Translations under genes and position numbers: made by a program
The notes under the pieces: generated by a model
Seen by the model: only the letters and a program-made list of their open reading frames with translations
The model's database searches: none
Told to the model about the DNA's origin: nothing
Assembly (NCBI GenBank): GCA_002269645.1
Contig: NIVC01003456.1
Span: 1-64,000 of the forward strand
Length of the DNA stretch: 64,000 nt
Reading direction: 5' to 3'
From: Macrostomum lignano
Taxonomy: Eukaryota
Shown: positions 13,305 through 25,914 of the stretch, in pieces
Layout: each line of letters begins with the position of its first letter
Position numbering within the stretch: the first letter of the stretch is position 1

Positions 13305-14662
13305 GTATTTAGACTGCCTGGTAGTACTCAGGAGTCTTGACAGCTCGGCCACGCATAGTCCGATACGGCCCATCTCGCTGCACGGGGGCCGGCTGCACGT
13401 TGGCCGGCTGACAATCTCCCTGCTCGTCCTCTTCGCTGCTCTGTTGGAAATCACCGACTGTCACACCAATCTTCCGAGGCCTGATGAAGCGACGGTTCCG
13501 TCTGAGCAAATGTCCAGTTTCAGTTCAAACGACCTTGAGAAGTTCAATGCCGGATTCGAGGAGTAGTGTCGTACAAAGCCTTTTTAAAGATCGATTCAAG
13601 TGGCTTGTGATCACTTTGCACTTGCACCGTACGACCCCAGATATAACGATGGATTTTTTGCAACCATAGACGATGGCCAAAAGCTCTTTCTCAATCTGCC
13701 CTTACGCGCGCTAAGCACTTGTCATAGCCGAGGACGCGTATTCGACGGGGCGATCCTCTTGAAGCAGCACTGCGCCCATGCCACTCTTGCTTGCGTCAAC
13801 TGAGACTGTGACAGGCTTGTTGGTGTCAAGCGTGGCTAACACTCGGCTTGAGCATAGTTCTGCGACGATCTCATTATACGCTTGGTCGTGTTGATCCACC
13901 CAGCTCCATATAACCTCTTTCTTGAGCAGGTGTCTCACAAGTCTCTCTTTCAGTGCCGGATCGCTGACTCCTATAACAATCTGGTCACGGATGACGCTAT
14001 CGCTGACTGTCTCGCCATTGGCCGGTGTTCCGTAAGTGCACCTAGTAACGAGCTGTCGAAGGGAGGCTACGAACTAATCGAAGTCCTCCGGCTCAGCCTG
14101 AGTTCTGATTCTCAACAGGTAGCGATCGAAAGTTTCGTTGCAAAGCGGCTCGCAGTAGTCCTTGAACTGCTTGATTACGTCGTCGTAAGTATTCACCTCC
14201 TCTGCGGGAAATGTTAAATACACTTCTTCGCCTTCTGCTCCAAGTGCAGTTAGCAGTATTGCGATCTTAACCTCCTCGCTTTCGTCTGTATTTTTGTAGC
14301 CTTCATATAAAATTCCATCGCTTTGCTACATCTTCTCCAATTGTCTGCTCGATTGGTATCGAAAACCATCGGCTCTGAAGGCCTCAGTCCTTCTATTGCT
14401 TTGGTAGTAGAAAATAGAAAGTACTTTTATGCTTGCGACGCCATGTTAGATTATCGACAAGAGTCAGTGTGTAAGGCTAGTCAAGAACACTCATGGCTCA
14501 AACTGGCCTAGCCCCGACTTATATACTTAACTAAGCGAGCGATGTATTGTACATTGTAGAACGTACATAAAGCCAGTGCGCATAAATGAAGCATTATAGC
14601 ATTATTGAATGAATGGATTGAGCTCTCACTAAAACCAAATCACCCGATACACTACTAATACA
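13305..14662 (-). mobile_element. Internally deleted Mag-like Ty3/gypsy element (LTR ~14444-14662, gag N-terminus, RT-connection/RNase H, integrase C-terminus)
   Basis: PBS TGGCGTCGCAAGCA at 14442. Gag reads SEEVKIAILLTALGAEGEEV and RDQIVIGVSDPALKERL. RNase H reads VSVDASKSGMGAVLLQ and SDHKPLESIFKK. The C-terminal tail is TMRGRAVKTPEYY. Frameshifts and stops are present. Confidence 0.85.
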
Positions 14663-14679
14663 CAATGCAATGCACAACA

Positions 14680-16420
14680 GGCGGTGGTCCGTTCGTAGTG
14701 TGAACCGCTTGCCGAGAAGAAATTGGCGGGCCCTCTACATTGCAAGGGCCTCCCGCTCCATGTTGGAATAATGCGCCTCCGCCTGCGTCAATCGCCGGCT
14801 GAAGTATATGACAGGGTGCCCTTCTTGAGTGAGCACGGCGGCCACGCCTTTTCACTGGCGTCTGTCGTTAGTGTCGTTTCTTTGGCTCGGCTGGATGATC
14901 GGGCTGGAGCTTAGCAGCTTCTTCAGCTGGTGGAAGGCCGCTTCTTGCGCAGCTCCCCATTCAAACTCCGCTCCCTTCTTGCGCAGCTGGTTCAAATGCT
15001 CGACAACGTGTGTATAGTTGTTGACAAACCTTCCAAAGAAATTGCAGAGACCAAGGAAGGACTCTAACTGGCGACGGTCGCGTGGCGCAGAGATCTCCAT
15101 GATTTTGCTGACCAGGCCGGGGTCCGGCGAGAATCCGTCTGCGCTGATTTTGTAGCCCAGGAACTTGACTGTCTTGGCCCCCAGGTTGGATTTGGCGAGA
15201 TTTATATTCATGCCGGCTGCCTGCAGGGTCTTGATCACTTCATCAACTTTGGCTTTGGGACCTTCGGCAGATTGACCTCCGATCAGGATGTCGTCTTGAT
15301 AAATAACCTTGCCGCTCACGTGCTCGAGGGTGGTTTCTATAGCCTTTTGAAAGATGGTGGATGCTGACTTAAGGCCGGGCACTAGTCGGGTGTAGCGGAA
15401 CAGCCCTAATGGAGTTGCAATCGTGGTGATCTCCCTGGTCTTCTCCTCGAGCTCGATCTGTAAGTAGGCGTCAGATAGGTCGAGGGTGGCAAAGTCAGTC
15501 AAACGAGAAGATCGTTTCGACGATTGGCATGGGGTAGGTGTCTCCGCACACCTGATGGTTCACCCCCGCCTTATAGTCAGCGCAAATTCTGACATTTCCA
15601 TTAAATTTTAGGCAGCAGACGATCGGGGACGCCAACTCGCTGCCACCCTCCGTCACCGGCTCAATGATGCACTCCGGCACAATACGCTTCAACTCCTGAT
15701 TGACGCGGTCGCGCAGGTGCAGCGGCACTGCTCTGGCCGCGCAGTAGAGAGGCTTGGCACCTTCGATCAGCTTAATCCTTGTCTTTCAGACAATTGAGGT
15801 GTTGCACCGCGGAACCTTGAGCACTGGCTGCCTGTCTGGGGCTCCAATCCAGATTGTCAAGACCCAGCAGTGGATGTGACTTGCATGCCGCTGTGACCAC
15901 CAAGTCGACTAGTCGACTGTGTGGAACTTTTCTAGGTCATCCCACGTGACAGTGAACTCTCCCAGGGTTTTTATGATCGATCTGTCGAACTGTCTCAGAA
16001 TTCGCTTGGATTTCCTCAGTGAGGCTCACATCGGCGCCTGTGTCTAACTGCATTTGCAATTCCTTGTCGTTGATTTTGACTTGCCAGAAGATGCCATTTC
16101 GCTCTCTGCGCTTTGGTCTAATAACGAAAACGTTTGCGGTGTCTCGCTACATCTCGGCGGCTTCACTCTCCTCCCAGGTCTTCAAATGCACGGTGCGAGA
16201 CCTGCACACAGCTGCAAAGTGGTTCTTTTTGTTGCAGGCGGTGCACCGCCTGCCGAACGCGGGGCATGCGCCTTGCTGGTGCAATATTGGTGTTGTGTCG
16301 TGACAAGGGCCTAATAGTCTGACGTATTTCTTCCTCAAACTGATGGAACGGCTGGTGCTCTGGCGCCTCCTCCTCGTAGAGCTGAGGAACTCCCGCTCTC
16401 CCCCAATCAGCACTCATTTC
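14680..16420 (-). mobile_element. Decayed Mag-like Ty3/gypsy gag-pol fragment (knuckle, protease, RT, RNase H)
   Basis: CPAFGRRCTACNKKNHFAAVC; LDTGADVS; VRICADYK; LDLSDAYLQIEL..GLFRYTRL..YQDDILI; RARQFLLGKRFTLRTDH. Split by frameshifts. Confidence 0.9.
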
Positions 16421-18590
16421 GTTCGGGACGCTCCATCGAAAGTGCGCTGCACGCCATTGTCGACAAGCTGGAGCGCGCCGTGCTTGGCAGTGGATATGCG
16501 CTGTCACTTTTCTTCGACATTGATGGTGCTTTCAATAATGTGCTTTTTGAAGCCTTTAAGCGGGTTCTGAAATCCCGGGGGACGCACGAGCACCTTACCC
16601 GCTGGATCATGTACATGGTCTCCCATCGTACTGCCACCTCGCACCTCCTGGGACACTCCCGCACCGTGGAAGTTCAGAAAGGTGGAGTCCTCAGCCCGAT
16701 TCTCTGGAATTTAGTCATGGACGGGCTGCTTTGCAGCCCGCATCCGGACCCAGTTCAGAAGGTCGGCTATGCAGACGATGTTACCGCCACTGTGGCTGGA
16801 CATCACCCGCAGTCCTCAGGGACCTCCTTCAAGCCTTCATCCATCGTGCTGAGCTGCGGTCTCAGGTTCTCTGAGTCTAAAACCGTGGCAATCATGTTCG
16901 CCAGCCGCCGAAACTGGAGGATTAAACCGTTCTCCCTCTATGGCGAACCCGTTGCCATGAAGAAACAAACCAGATGTCTGGGCGTCACCCTCGACCACAG
17001 GTTGAGCTGGACCCCGCACGTCCAGACCAAAGCCCGCAAGGCTCTCGCGACTCTCGCACAAATTCGCAGAGCTTTCAGCGCTACCTGGGGCCTCACCCCC
17101 GCCGCCTCTGGTGGATTTACACTGCCATTGTTAGACCGGCCATCTCCTTCGCCGGCTTCATTTGGAACAGTGCCCTAGAGGTGAAAGGGGTTCTTGAGTT
17201 TCTAAATAGGGTGCAAGGCCGCGCTTTTCGAGCTATCATTAGCGCGGCTCCCTCCAAGCCCTTCGCTGGCATGAACTCCTTGGACATTCCCCCCTTGACC
17301 TCTTGTTAGAGGGGAGGCAATGAAAACCACCCGCCGTCTGCTTGACGCGGGTGTCCCAATCCAGAAGCAGTTCGCCTTCAGAAAGGGAACCTCCGGCCGC
17401 CTAGGCGACCTCAGCCTGCGAGACCTGGAAGCAGCGAGAGGCCTGCTGACCCTCTCGGACGGAATCCCGTCTACGCTCTGCCCTCCGCTCAAATCAAAAC
17501 CAGCATTCCACCACGTCATGAAGCAAGAGACAACTGGAAACCCCATGAAATCCACTGCTTCACTGACGGGTCCCAAATCAACTCCACCTCTGGCTACGGC
17601 TACTGCATCGTGTCTGGAGGGAGAACTGTGGCAAACTTCTCCCAAAATACCGGCACCTGCTTTACCGTCTTCCAGAACGAAGTTCTCGCCATCAGCTCCT
17701 GCGCCATGGAGTTGTACAATCAGAGCGTCTGGGAGAAGGAGATTACCCTCCACTCGGACAGTCAAGCGGCGATTCACGCCCTTGAGCGCACCACCACCTG
17801 CTCGCGTACAGTCCTCGACTGCATCGGGCAGCTCAACCGCTTAGGTGCCTCTAACAATTGGTGTCCCTAAGGTGGATCCCTGGGCACTCGGGCCACCCCG
17901 GCAACGAGCTGGCTGATCGCCTGGCCAAGGCTGGCTCGACTGGTTCTTTTACTGGTCCCCTGCCCGTGGCCCCCACCCCCATCGCCGTTGTCATCACTCG
18001 GATCAACCAGTGGATGGCTTCAAATCACAGGGAGGGGTGGGCTAACGCCCCCGACTGCCGGCATTCCCGCGTGACTGTCCCCTGTCCTTCCTCCGCCCTG
18101 CGCAGGGCCCTGCTTGGACTCAACCGCAGGGACATCAGGGCGGTGACCATGGCCCTCTCGGGTCATGGCTGTTTTGCCAGGCATCGCCACCTCCAGGGCA
18201 AAATCCGCAGTGAGGAATGCCCCTTCTGCCTCTCCGGTGTCGAGAATGCGGAGCACTTTATCTGTGAATGTACCGCCTTTACATTCACAGACAAGCTCCG
18301 GGACAAGCTCACTTACATCGGCCCAAACCCAGACCTCTCCGACGTTTTTAGGCCCGAGAATCTCTGCCAGCTCGTCCACTACCTAAGGGCTACCGGGCGA
18401 GCGACAATCCACCTCCTGGACTCTCCGGAGGGGGACCGCGCTGCGGACACCGGCGCCACCAGAACTCCCTGCGCGACACCGCAGCACTAGCTGCCCGTGG
18501 TCGCCAGGGGTTAGCGAAATGGGCGGCAACGCCTCCTCGCTGTTTCCGGATGCACAGAGCCCCCTGCAGCTAAGTCAAGAATTAAGTCAA
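16420..18590 (+). mobile_element. 5'-truncated non-LTR retrotransposon with RT, RNase H and C-terminal zinc finger (R1/LOA-like)
   Basis: LFFDIDGAFNN, GVLSPILWNL, GYADD; RNase [37 protein letters not shown]; [19 protein letters not shown]. The short repeated tail is aagtcaag. Several frameshifts. Confidence 0.9.
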
Positions 18591-19499
18591 GTTGTGACAA
18601 GAAGCCCTTAAAAGGGCCGTTTTACTAAAGCACAACAACCGGTCGCTGCAACACCTGTTCTACATCGCGAAGCACGGCGACAAAATCGCAGGTCGAGACC
18701 TCATGGATAAGCTCGGTTTCCATGTTAGCCTCTCCGAGGACGTCAGCGAGGTGAACAGCGTCGTGAAGCAGCTGGAGGTGCGGTTCCCAGCGGCCTATAG
18801 CGACCAGATCGGCTGCTGCAGCTGAGCCGTGCTCAGGCCCGTCGTCGACCCCTCCGCGCCGCCGCCAGTGCGCCAGCCTCTGCGTCGTCTACAGCTGGCC
18901 AAGCAGCAGCTGGTGGAGGCTGAGCTCGACAAGCTGGAGACGGCTGGCATCATCGAGCGAGTCGACTCGAGTCGCTGGGTGTCAAACCTCGTGTCCATCA
19001 CCAAAAAGCAGCATCCGGGTCTGCGTCGACATCCGGGAGCCCAACAAGGCGGTGATATGCGATCAACACCCGATGCCCCAACTGGACGACATTACTGCCA
19101 AGATCAAGGGAGCCAAAGGACAGATCTTCAGCAAGGTGGACCTGAAGGCCCGGCTACATGCAGATGGAGCTGCATGAGTCGTCGCGCGACCTGACAGCCT
19201 TCATCACGCACAATGGCCTATACAGGTACTGACGAGTGCCGTTTGGTTTGACGTCAGCGCCTGCGGCGTTCCAGCGCATGCTCGACGATCTAGTGGCTGA
19301 CATGGACGGCGTGGAGCACATCTTCGACGACTTCATCATCTTCGGCGCCACCACGACGGAGCACGACCACTGTTTGGAGGCTCTACTGCGGCGACTCAGT
19401 GACAGGGGTTTGACGGTGAACAAGCAGAAATGCCGCAGATCTAATTTTTTGGCTTCATAGTTTCCTACGACGGGTTCCGTGTTGGCGATTTGCGTACGC

Positions 19500-19800
19500 G
19501 CGCGTTCGAAGAGATCGTCCGCGGGCAAGGGGGCCAGGGGCCGTCGGCCTGAGTCCAAGGGCCGCGGTAGATGGCCATGAGGCCAGCGCACACAGGCTGC
19601 AGATGCCAGCCGCATGGGTGAAGTAGTTCGAAGAGCAATAATAGTCGAAGATGGATCCCATGTACGCGGTATAAGCGGCTCGGAGGGTAGCTCTATTAGC
19701 TCTGAAGTGTTTGCCTGCAATGGCCAGCAGGCAGTTGCGGCAATTTGCCATCTTGGATTCGACCGAGTCGACGTGGCTGGAGAAGGTCAACTAATCATCG
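19500..19800 (-). mobile_element. Non-LTR RT thumb fragment (I-group-like)
   Basis: FSSHVDSVESKMANCRNCLLAIAGKHFRANRATLRAAYTAYMGSIFDY resembles the post-RT region of I/Nimb/Ingi LINEs. Confidence 0.65.
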
Positions 19801-19956
19801 AACTTGAGGCCAAAGAAGGTAGGTTCAGCTTCGTAACGTAAGGCTCATTCTCGATGCAGATCACAGGACGCACTTTACCGCCGCACTCCGCTGGATTGAG
19901 TGTAGAATAGATAATAGAAAAGACGCATAGGGTTACAGAATCCTAGCGCGCACGCG

Positions 19957-20600
19957 CTAAACAGCAGCGCTAGCGCGAAACAGCTCAGAGGGGTAGAATG
20001 CAGTGTCACTCGGGTTCAGGTCAAGGTCGCTGAGGTCGTCAGTCAGAGTCTGGATCAGCGTGGCAGCATGGCCTTGGCCGCGTCGAAGCCGTTCCCGCGG
20101 CGGGTGAAGCAGCGCCATCGCGAGAGGGTTGGCTTTACGGCGACCGTGCTGTCGCAGAACGTGGCCGGCGAGGGTTTGACGCCACCGCCGCAGGATAACG
20201 CTGAGAGGCGGAAGGCCGGTGCGCCGGCGAGATCGCGGTTCGAGATGGTCTCGGGGAATCGGATGCCTAGTGTGTAGCGGAATAATCGCCCGGTTGATGC
20301 CGTTTAGCGCGTTTTCCCGGCTGGTGGTCACCGGTACGTCTTCCAGTCCGTAGAGCAGGATCGGTTCGACTGTGGGCACGGAAAAGCTTGATCTTGAGGG
20401 CGTCAAGCCTTGAGGGCGTAGCTGAAGATAGGGCTGATCTTGACTGCAGCACGCCAGGCTTGTGCTTTCCGGTCCGTGATGATATCTTCAGGATTCAAGA
20501 TCAGCGCGGCCAGGTAGCGCAAGTCTTGACAGGTTGAGATCGTTTCGCCGCTCGGCAGGCTCAGCTCGGGCGCGGTGCTGGTGCCGATGTGCATCACTTC
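19957..20600 (-). mobile_element. RTE-like non-LTR retrotransposon 3' fragment
   Basis: VEPILLYG..PLSVILRRWRQTLAGHVLR..RRGQG is a typical RTE C-terminus. It is preceded by TISTCQDLRYL. Confidence 0.7.
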
Positions 20601-21460
20601 GGTTTTGAGTGTGAAGGTGGTGAAGATGCACTTATGGGTGCTTAAATGGACTTTCCAGCGTTTGGTCCAGCTAACAATGGCGTCGAGGGCCGGCTGGGCG
20701 CGGTCCGCGCACTCTTGCAGGCTTCTGCCAGTGCTCAGGATTGCCGTGTCGTCAGCGAAGAGAGAACGGAGTACCCTGTCATTGATGTCATTGACATAGA
20801 TCAGCCAGGGAGAGGTGCGAGAACCGATCCTTGAGGGAGACCGTCCGTAAAGACTCTTCAGTTGGAGCAGGTGCCATCCCAGCGGACTCTGGCGCGGCAG
20901 TCTGAGAGTAAATTCTTAACGAAGCGGATGACATGGACCGGGATGCCAACCAAGTCTGGCCATTTCAGCGTACAATCCAGGTCGCCAGACTCGGTCATGG
21001 GCCTTGGTGAAGTCCAGGAGAATCAAGTTCGGGCTTGCCTTGCTCAAGGGCGTCGAAGATAGCCTGGTTAATGCGGGTCAGTTGGTCGATCGTGGAGTGG
21101 CCATTGTGGAAACCGGCCTGGTTTTTGTTAAAGAGGTTCAAGCCAGTGGAACAGGCGGTTCTGGAGAATGCACTCGGCCAATTTGGCAATGCAGCTGAGC
21201 AGCGATATAGGTCTGTACGAATCAGGCTGCCCTGGGTCTTTCTCTTTCTTATGAATAGCGATGAGTTCGGCACCCCTCCAAGCGTCAGGAGTGGTGCAGT
21301 TCAACCAGTAGTCGTTGATGAGTTCAAGGAGGCGGCTTTTTCCGAGCGGGGAGGCTTGACATACGAGTAGAAGTTCATTGCAGATGCCGTCCGGGCCTGC
21401 ATCTACCAGTTTGTCGTGGCGGATTCGGCGCCGGCGGTCTAGTAGGTGCCGGTCGAGCTG
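20600..21460 (-). mobile_element. I/Jockey-group LINE reverse transcriptase fragment
   Basis: GPDGICNELL, YRPISLLSCIAKLAECIL, NQAGFHNGHSTIDQL and LFADDTAIL. Confidence 0.85.
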
Positions 21461-22149
21461 GGGACGGCGCATTGTCAGTCTTTTTCTGGCAAAGCTGGCA
21501 ATCCCAGTGTGGGTGCCAGAAGCAGAAAATTGGCGAAGTTCTTTCAGGCTGATGTCTGTACACCTTGTAAACAAGCGCTACACGGACCTACGGCGCCGGG
21601 CGCGAGTCAGCGACCTCCGACCAGGCGATTGGGTCCGAGTGCGGCGGCCCATCAAGAAGGGCAAGCTGTCCAGTAGACTGTCCGGCCCGCTACAGATCAT
21701 GACCTAGGCCAGCTGAGCGACGGCACTACATGGAATCAACAGGCGTTGGTCCCCAAAAGCGCTAGGGACTGCAGCGACCAGGACGCCGAGCTCGACCCGC
21801 TGGTGCACGGCGAACTCGGCTGTGACTGTGCAGCCGGCGCAGCCGGCGCGGCTTCCTGGCGAAGTCGGACTAAGGCGCTCGGCCATGGCTCGACGACCTT
21901 CGGAGCGGTACCAAGCGGGACTGTGATGTCAATGCTCTCGGGAGAGGGGAAAATGTTTTGTCGTGACAAGGTGCCCTTAAAAGGGCCGTTTGAATAAATA
22001 ACTAAATGGAATATTTTCAATACTCTACTGTAAGTAGCCGTCAACTTAAATGTTATGCAAACAATTAATAATTTTTCTTGTTGCCAAATATATCGATCGC
22101 GTAATAATTTATGGTTGAATGTGAAATATAAGCGCGGGGTTGTCGTCCT

Positions 22150-23070
22150 AAGTGGAGCCTTCCTCCTGTTGGCCGAATTCTTACTTGCCTAATTACTCGC
22201 TGCTTTTTCCTGTGTTAGTCTATCGAGACACCACAATTGGCACTTTGGCTGTGGGGGCGTGCCGCGCCGTCCTGCATAGGCGATTCTGGCCTCGGTGGTG
22301 GCAGCAGTCCCAGTGCTGCTGTTGTAGCAGCGGATTTGCTCCAGTTGCTCAAGCATTTGCAGCACTTCATTCAGCAGCATGTCGGTAGCTTGCATTCTCT
22401 CCAGCTTGCATTCTCTCCAACAGTCTATGCTTGTGGTCCACAGAGGCGAGTCCGTCCACGAGCCGCATGGTGATGAGCTCGTCCTCGCTTGATAGTTTCG
22501 TCTCGAGCTTCTCAACGCTACACGTAGCCGCCGCTGCACGGAGTCGACGGTAGTAGGAGGCGACAATTTCGCTTGGGTCCTGCCTAAGAGCAAGGAATTT
22601 CGCTCGTTCGGCAATATCGAGGCGCTTTTTGGGCCGGATTGTCTCCTTAATGATGTCACGGATTTGTGCAAATGTTTTTTTTCTCCAGGCTGGCCGGGGC
22701 AGCCATGAGGTGCAGTGTTCTCAGTGCCTTGAGACCTGCCCTGGCAAGGAATAGGTCAGTGATTTGCCGATCTTTTTCCGTGTCCGTCAGTTTCTTGGTT
22801 CCTGCGACGGCTGCAAAGCTGAGCAGCCAGGCTTTAGCTGTGTCTGGGTCAGCCAAGTTTAGTTCGGAGTTGCTTGCTTGCGACGCCATTGTCAAGTCGC
22901 GCCCAGTAAACGAGGACAAGGCTGCCCGCAGGCTTGGTTTGAGTCAAGTGCGAAATTGTATATTTGAAACGAGCAAAGTATTGCAAAGCTTGTGCGATAG
23001 GTTTACTGACCATAGTGCGATACCGACCAAAATATATAGGCTTAAAACTTAGAATCGATCACTGACGGAC
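22150..23070 (-). mobile_element. Mag-like Ty3/gypsy 5' LTR (22890-23070) plus degenerate gag
   Basis: The LTR ends ..cttgACA and is followed directly by PBS TGGCGTCGCAAGCA and gag MASQASNSELNLADPDTAKAWLLSF. Confidence 0.82.
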
Positions 23071-25914
23071 TGAATATTGTCATGCCAAGGGAGAGAGAGA
23101 ATGTACACAGCGCCGCGTAATGCATCGGTTTGCGCGAGCCTGCGAGGGCTAACCGCCTTTAGTGCAAGGGGGGGTGTTTGGGTGTTGGCTGTCTGGTGAT
23201 GGGTGGGTGCTTTGTACATGCGTGTGCCTATTTAGGTCGCCACTTAAGTGGCTGCTAGGGTTTGCTCGCGTTTGACTTTTTTTTCTCGCTAAATTTATCA
23301 ATTTTAAATCCTGTCTAATCAATTCGTTTCGTCAATACCTGAAAGAAATATAATCGACTGAATTGTGTCTAGTTTCGTTTGGGCCACAAACGATTGCGTC
23401 GACGGAAATTGTGAACTAAGTAAATTTTTGCGCGCCTTTCAGGCATCGAAACAGGAATGCAACAGATTGCTTATCTGCGAATAGTCTATGGTCAAGCTGC
23501 CCCCCATCTTTGGATAGCTATTCCCAACGGGTTATATTTGGATATACCCATTTGCAGATGAGCAATCTGTATATTCCTGTATCAATGCGTTTTCGAGGAT
23601 ATTTTTTATTCAATACAACAAAGCTGAATAAACAGATTGCATAAATATACGAAAACGGTAACGTGGGCATAATGAAACGTGGACCAATTGTTCCGCAATA
23701 ATCGATGAGTAGAGCTAGAATCGACAGTTCATTCAGTCCTTCCGATGAATGGTAAATGTGCAGTTGGTGAACGTGCAGGTAGAAAACTGAAATCCAGCAG
23801 GACCCGACTTCACTGCACCAACAAACGTGGAACCACTGCTTTGAACTTGCGACTGACGCTCTTCCACGAAGTTGAACCCTGACTAGGCTGAACAGCATTC
23901 ACTGGACTCTGCATGGCCTGAGGCTGCTCCACGAGGCGAGACTCTGGCTGAATAGGCTGAACAGCATTCACTGGACTCTGCATGGCCTGACACTCAAGTC
24001 GCTGAGAAAGTTGACCTCATTTCCATTCAAGCCGTCAATGCTTTCAATCGGCAAATTCGACCAATTTATCATTCGTATGAGTGGCATGAATAGAGGTTAG
24101 GGCAAACAGAAGAAAAAGGAACATGTATCCTCTGCCGCAGAGTTCCAACTTATAAGACCACAACTTCATTTAACATGTTTCGTCTATGGTAATTTCAGAG
24201 TGTTCCGCTAAAATTTTCGTTCCAAACGTTTAGTCTATGGCCATCATTTGGCTTGCGCCAAGTGGAAAATGCCTATGACACAAATCCCTAGAATCGCTTA
24301 GTGAACAATTTCCGTCTGGGAAGTTGTGTCATAGCCGTTTTGCATTGGTTTTTGGACGAAACTAGACACAATTCCTATTCACAACGGCTATGGCAGTTGT
24401 GTGTGAAGCTTGACCTCTTGATAATCATACATTGTGGTACATCCCCTTGCTTTTCGCTGCCTCGCCGTCGCCACACTCGGTTTGTCTTTGCCTCCCCTTT
24501 CACTAAATCTGGGTAGGCTAGTTTGGCTAGTTAGGCTGGTTGCCTAGTTAAAGTTACTCGTAATTGAGCTCAGGTAATCAGTGGCAGTGCAGTGCACCAA
24601 CACAGGCCCACACCTCAATTGTAAGGGAGGTGAACTGTTTCACTCGCCTTCTGAAATTGCACCGTTTGTTGTGAGTGGCGCTGTTATTTCCCAGGCGATA
24701 TTGGGCAGGCTTGGGACAAATATTCAGTTACCGTTAGATTGACCGGTCATTACCACTCTTGCATAGTATTCTGAGCTACAGTAAAAGAATTTCAAATTTT
24801 GGTTGTGAGCTCGTGTGAATACCAGATTAGTCTTTAAATTACATGGAGTTAACGAACTATCAGTAATTGCTTCATTTTAGCCAACCCCCGAACATATTGT
24901 TCGTATACATGTACAGTGTATGGCTTATCCCTTGAATAAAAAGATATTGTCTTAAGTCTATTGAGTCTATAAAGCAAAATTATTGTCCATTGACCGGTTT
25001 GTTCTACCACTTTACGCCCAGCTTTACGCTCGTACAGCTTTATGCCCAGCTGTATGCGCTTCGATTTGAGCTTCAGGTCGGGTCCTTCATCAGGAAAACA
25101 ACGCGTCACAAATCTACAAAGCTACTCGGTAAGCAAGAAAGATTCGCAGGCAAAAGTGGTCATTCCTGTTATTGATTTCAAAGCGCTGACGTCGAAAAAA
25201 GCATCAAATTTGAGAGAATGATTTACTAGAGAGACGTATCCAGCATTCAATATCAGTTCGGGTTTGAATTGAGAACAAGTGCCACACATGGAGCAGAGAA
25301 TGTGACAGCAATGAATAATTGAGGGCAGCGTGCCGGGGCAGGAGTGGGCACGCATCGCACAGTTGCACACAAATTACAGTTGTGAGGGCACGCATGTACA
25401 GTAGGTGGTGGTGTTTGGGGTTTAACTGCGCACACGCATCACGTTCGCTAAAAATGGGCTGCGGGAAAGACGAGACGAGACAGATAGCTGGGAAAACCCG
25501 GAGGAGGCAGTGAGCAAGGGACCTACGAGCTAACAATAACGATCAGGCAATAACGCCGAACTCATCTTGATACATTAGCGCACAATACGAAGTAAAAGGC
25601 AAAGTGTTAGTCGTGTGAGCTAATTCAAAAACTACTACTAAACAGTAGCAGATACATAGGACAAAATTCTAGGGGTGACATTTGCTACCGTATGGGAAAC
25701 TGCGGAGCCCCGAGAGCGCGCCTGCAAATGCAACATCGGGGCTGGTTGAATATGCGGCGAAGCTGTTTCTAGCGGGAGGCTGGTCGGTGGTGCGGATGGA
25801 GGACGACACGGGAAGAATTTTTGAGCCGTGGACCGAATCGCATCAGATTACGCAAAATGTGTTTGTGCTCCCAACTCTGACATCTTGGTGACCACGGTCA
25901 TGGCGGCGACGAGC

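Larger units (their letters stand above)
18593..22000 (+). mobile_element. Decayed plus-strand Ty3/gypsy element (RT and integrase C-terminus, LTR remnants), interrupted by non-LTR fragments
   Basis: VEAELDKLETAGIIERV; PFGLTSAPAAFQRMLD..IFDDFIIFG; LRPGDWVRVRRPIKKGKLS. A purine tract gggagaggggaaaa precedes tgttttgtcgtgacaag at ~21954. The motif gtgacaag..gcccttaaaagggccgttt occurs at both ~18594 and ~21963. Confidence 0.75.

Noticed and set aside
23518-23898. 126-aa ORF containing IDYCGTIGP, faintly like a BEL/Pao integrase motif
   Set aside because: The single short motif has no other integrase features and the rest is not protein-like.
23880-23990. ~40-bp direct duplication aggctgaacagcattcactggactctgcatggcctga
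   Set aside because: A local two-copy duplication with no associated structure.
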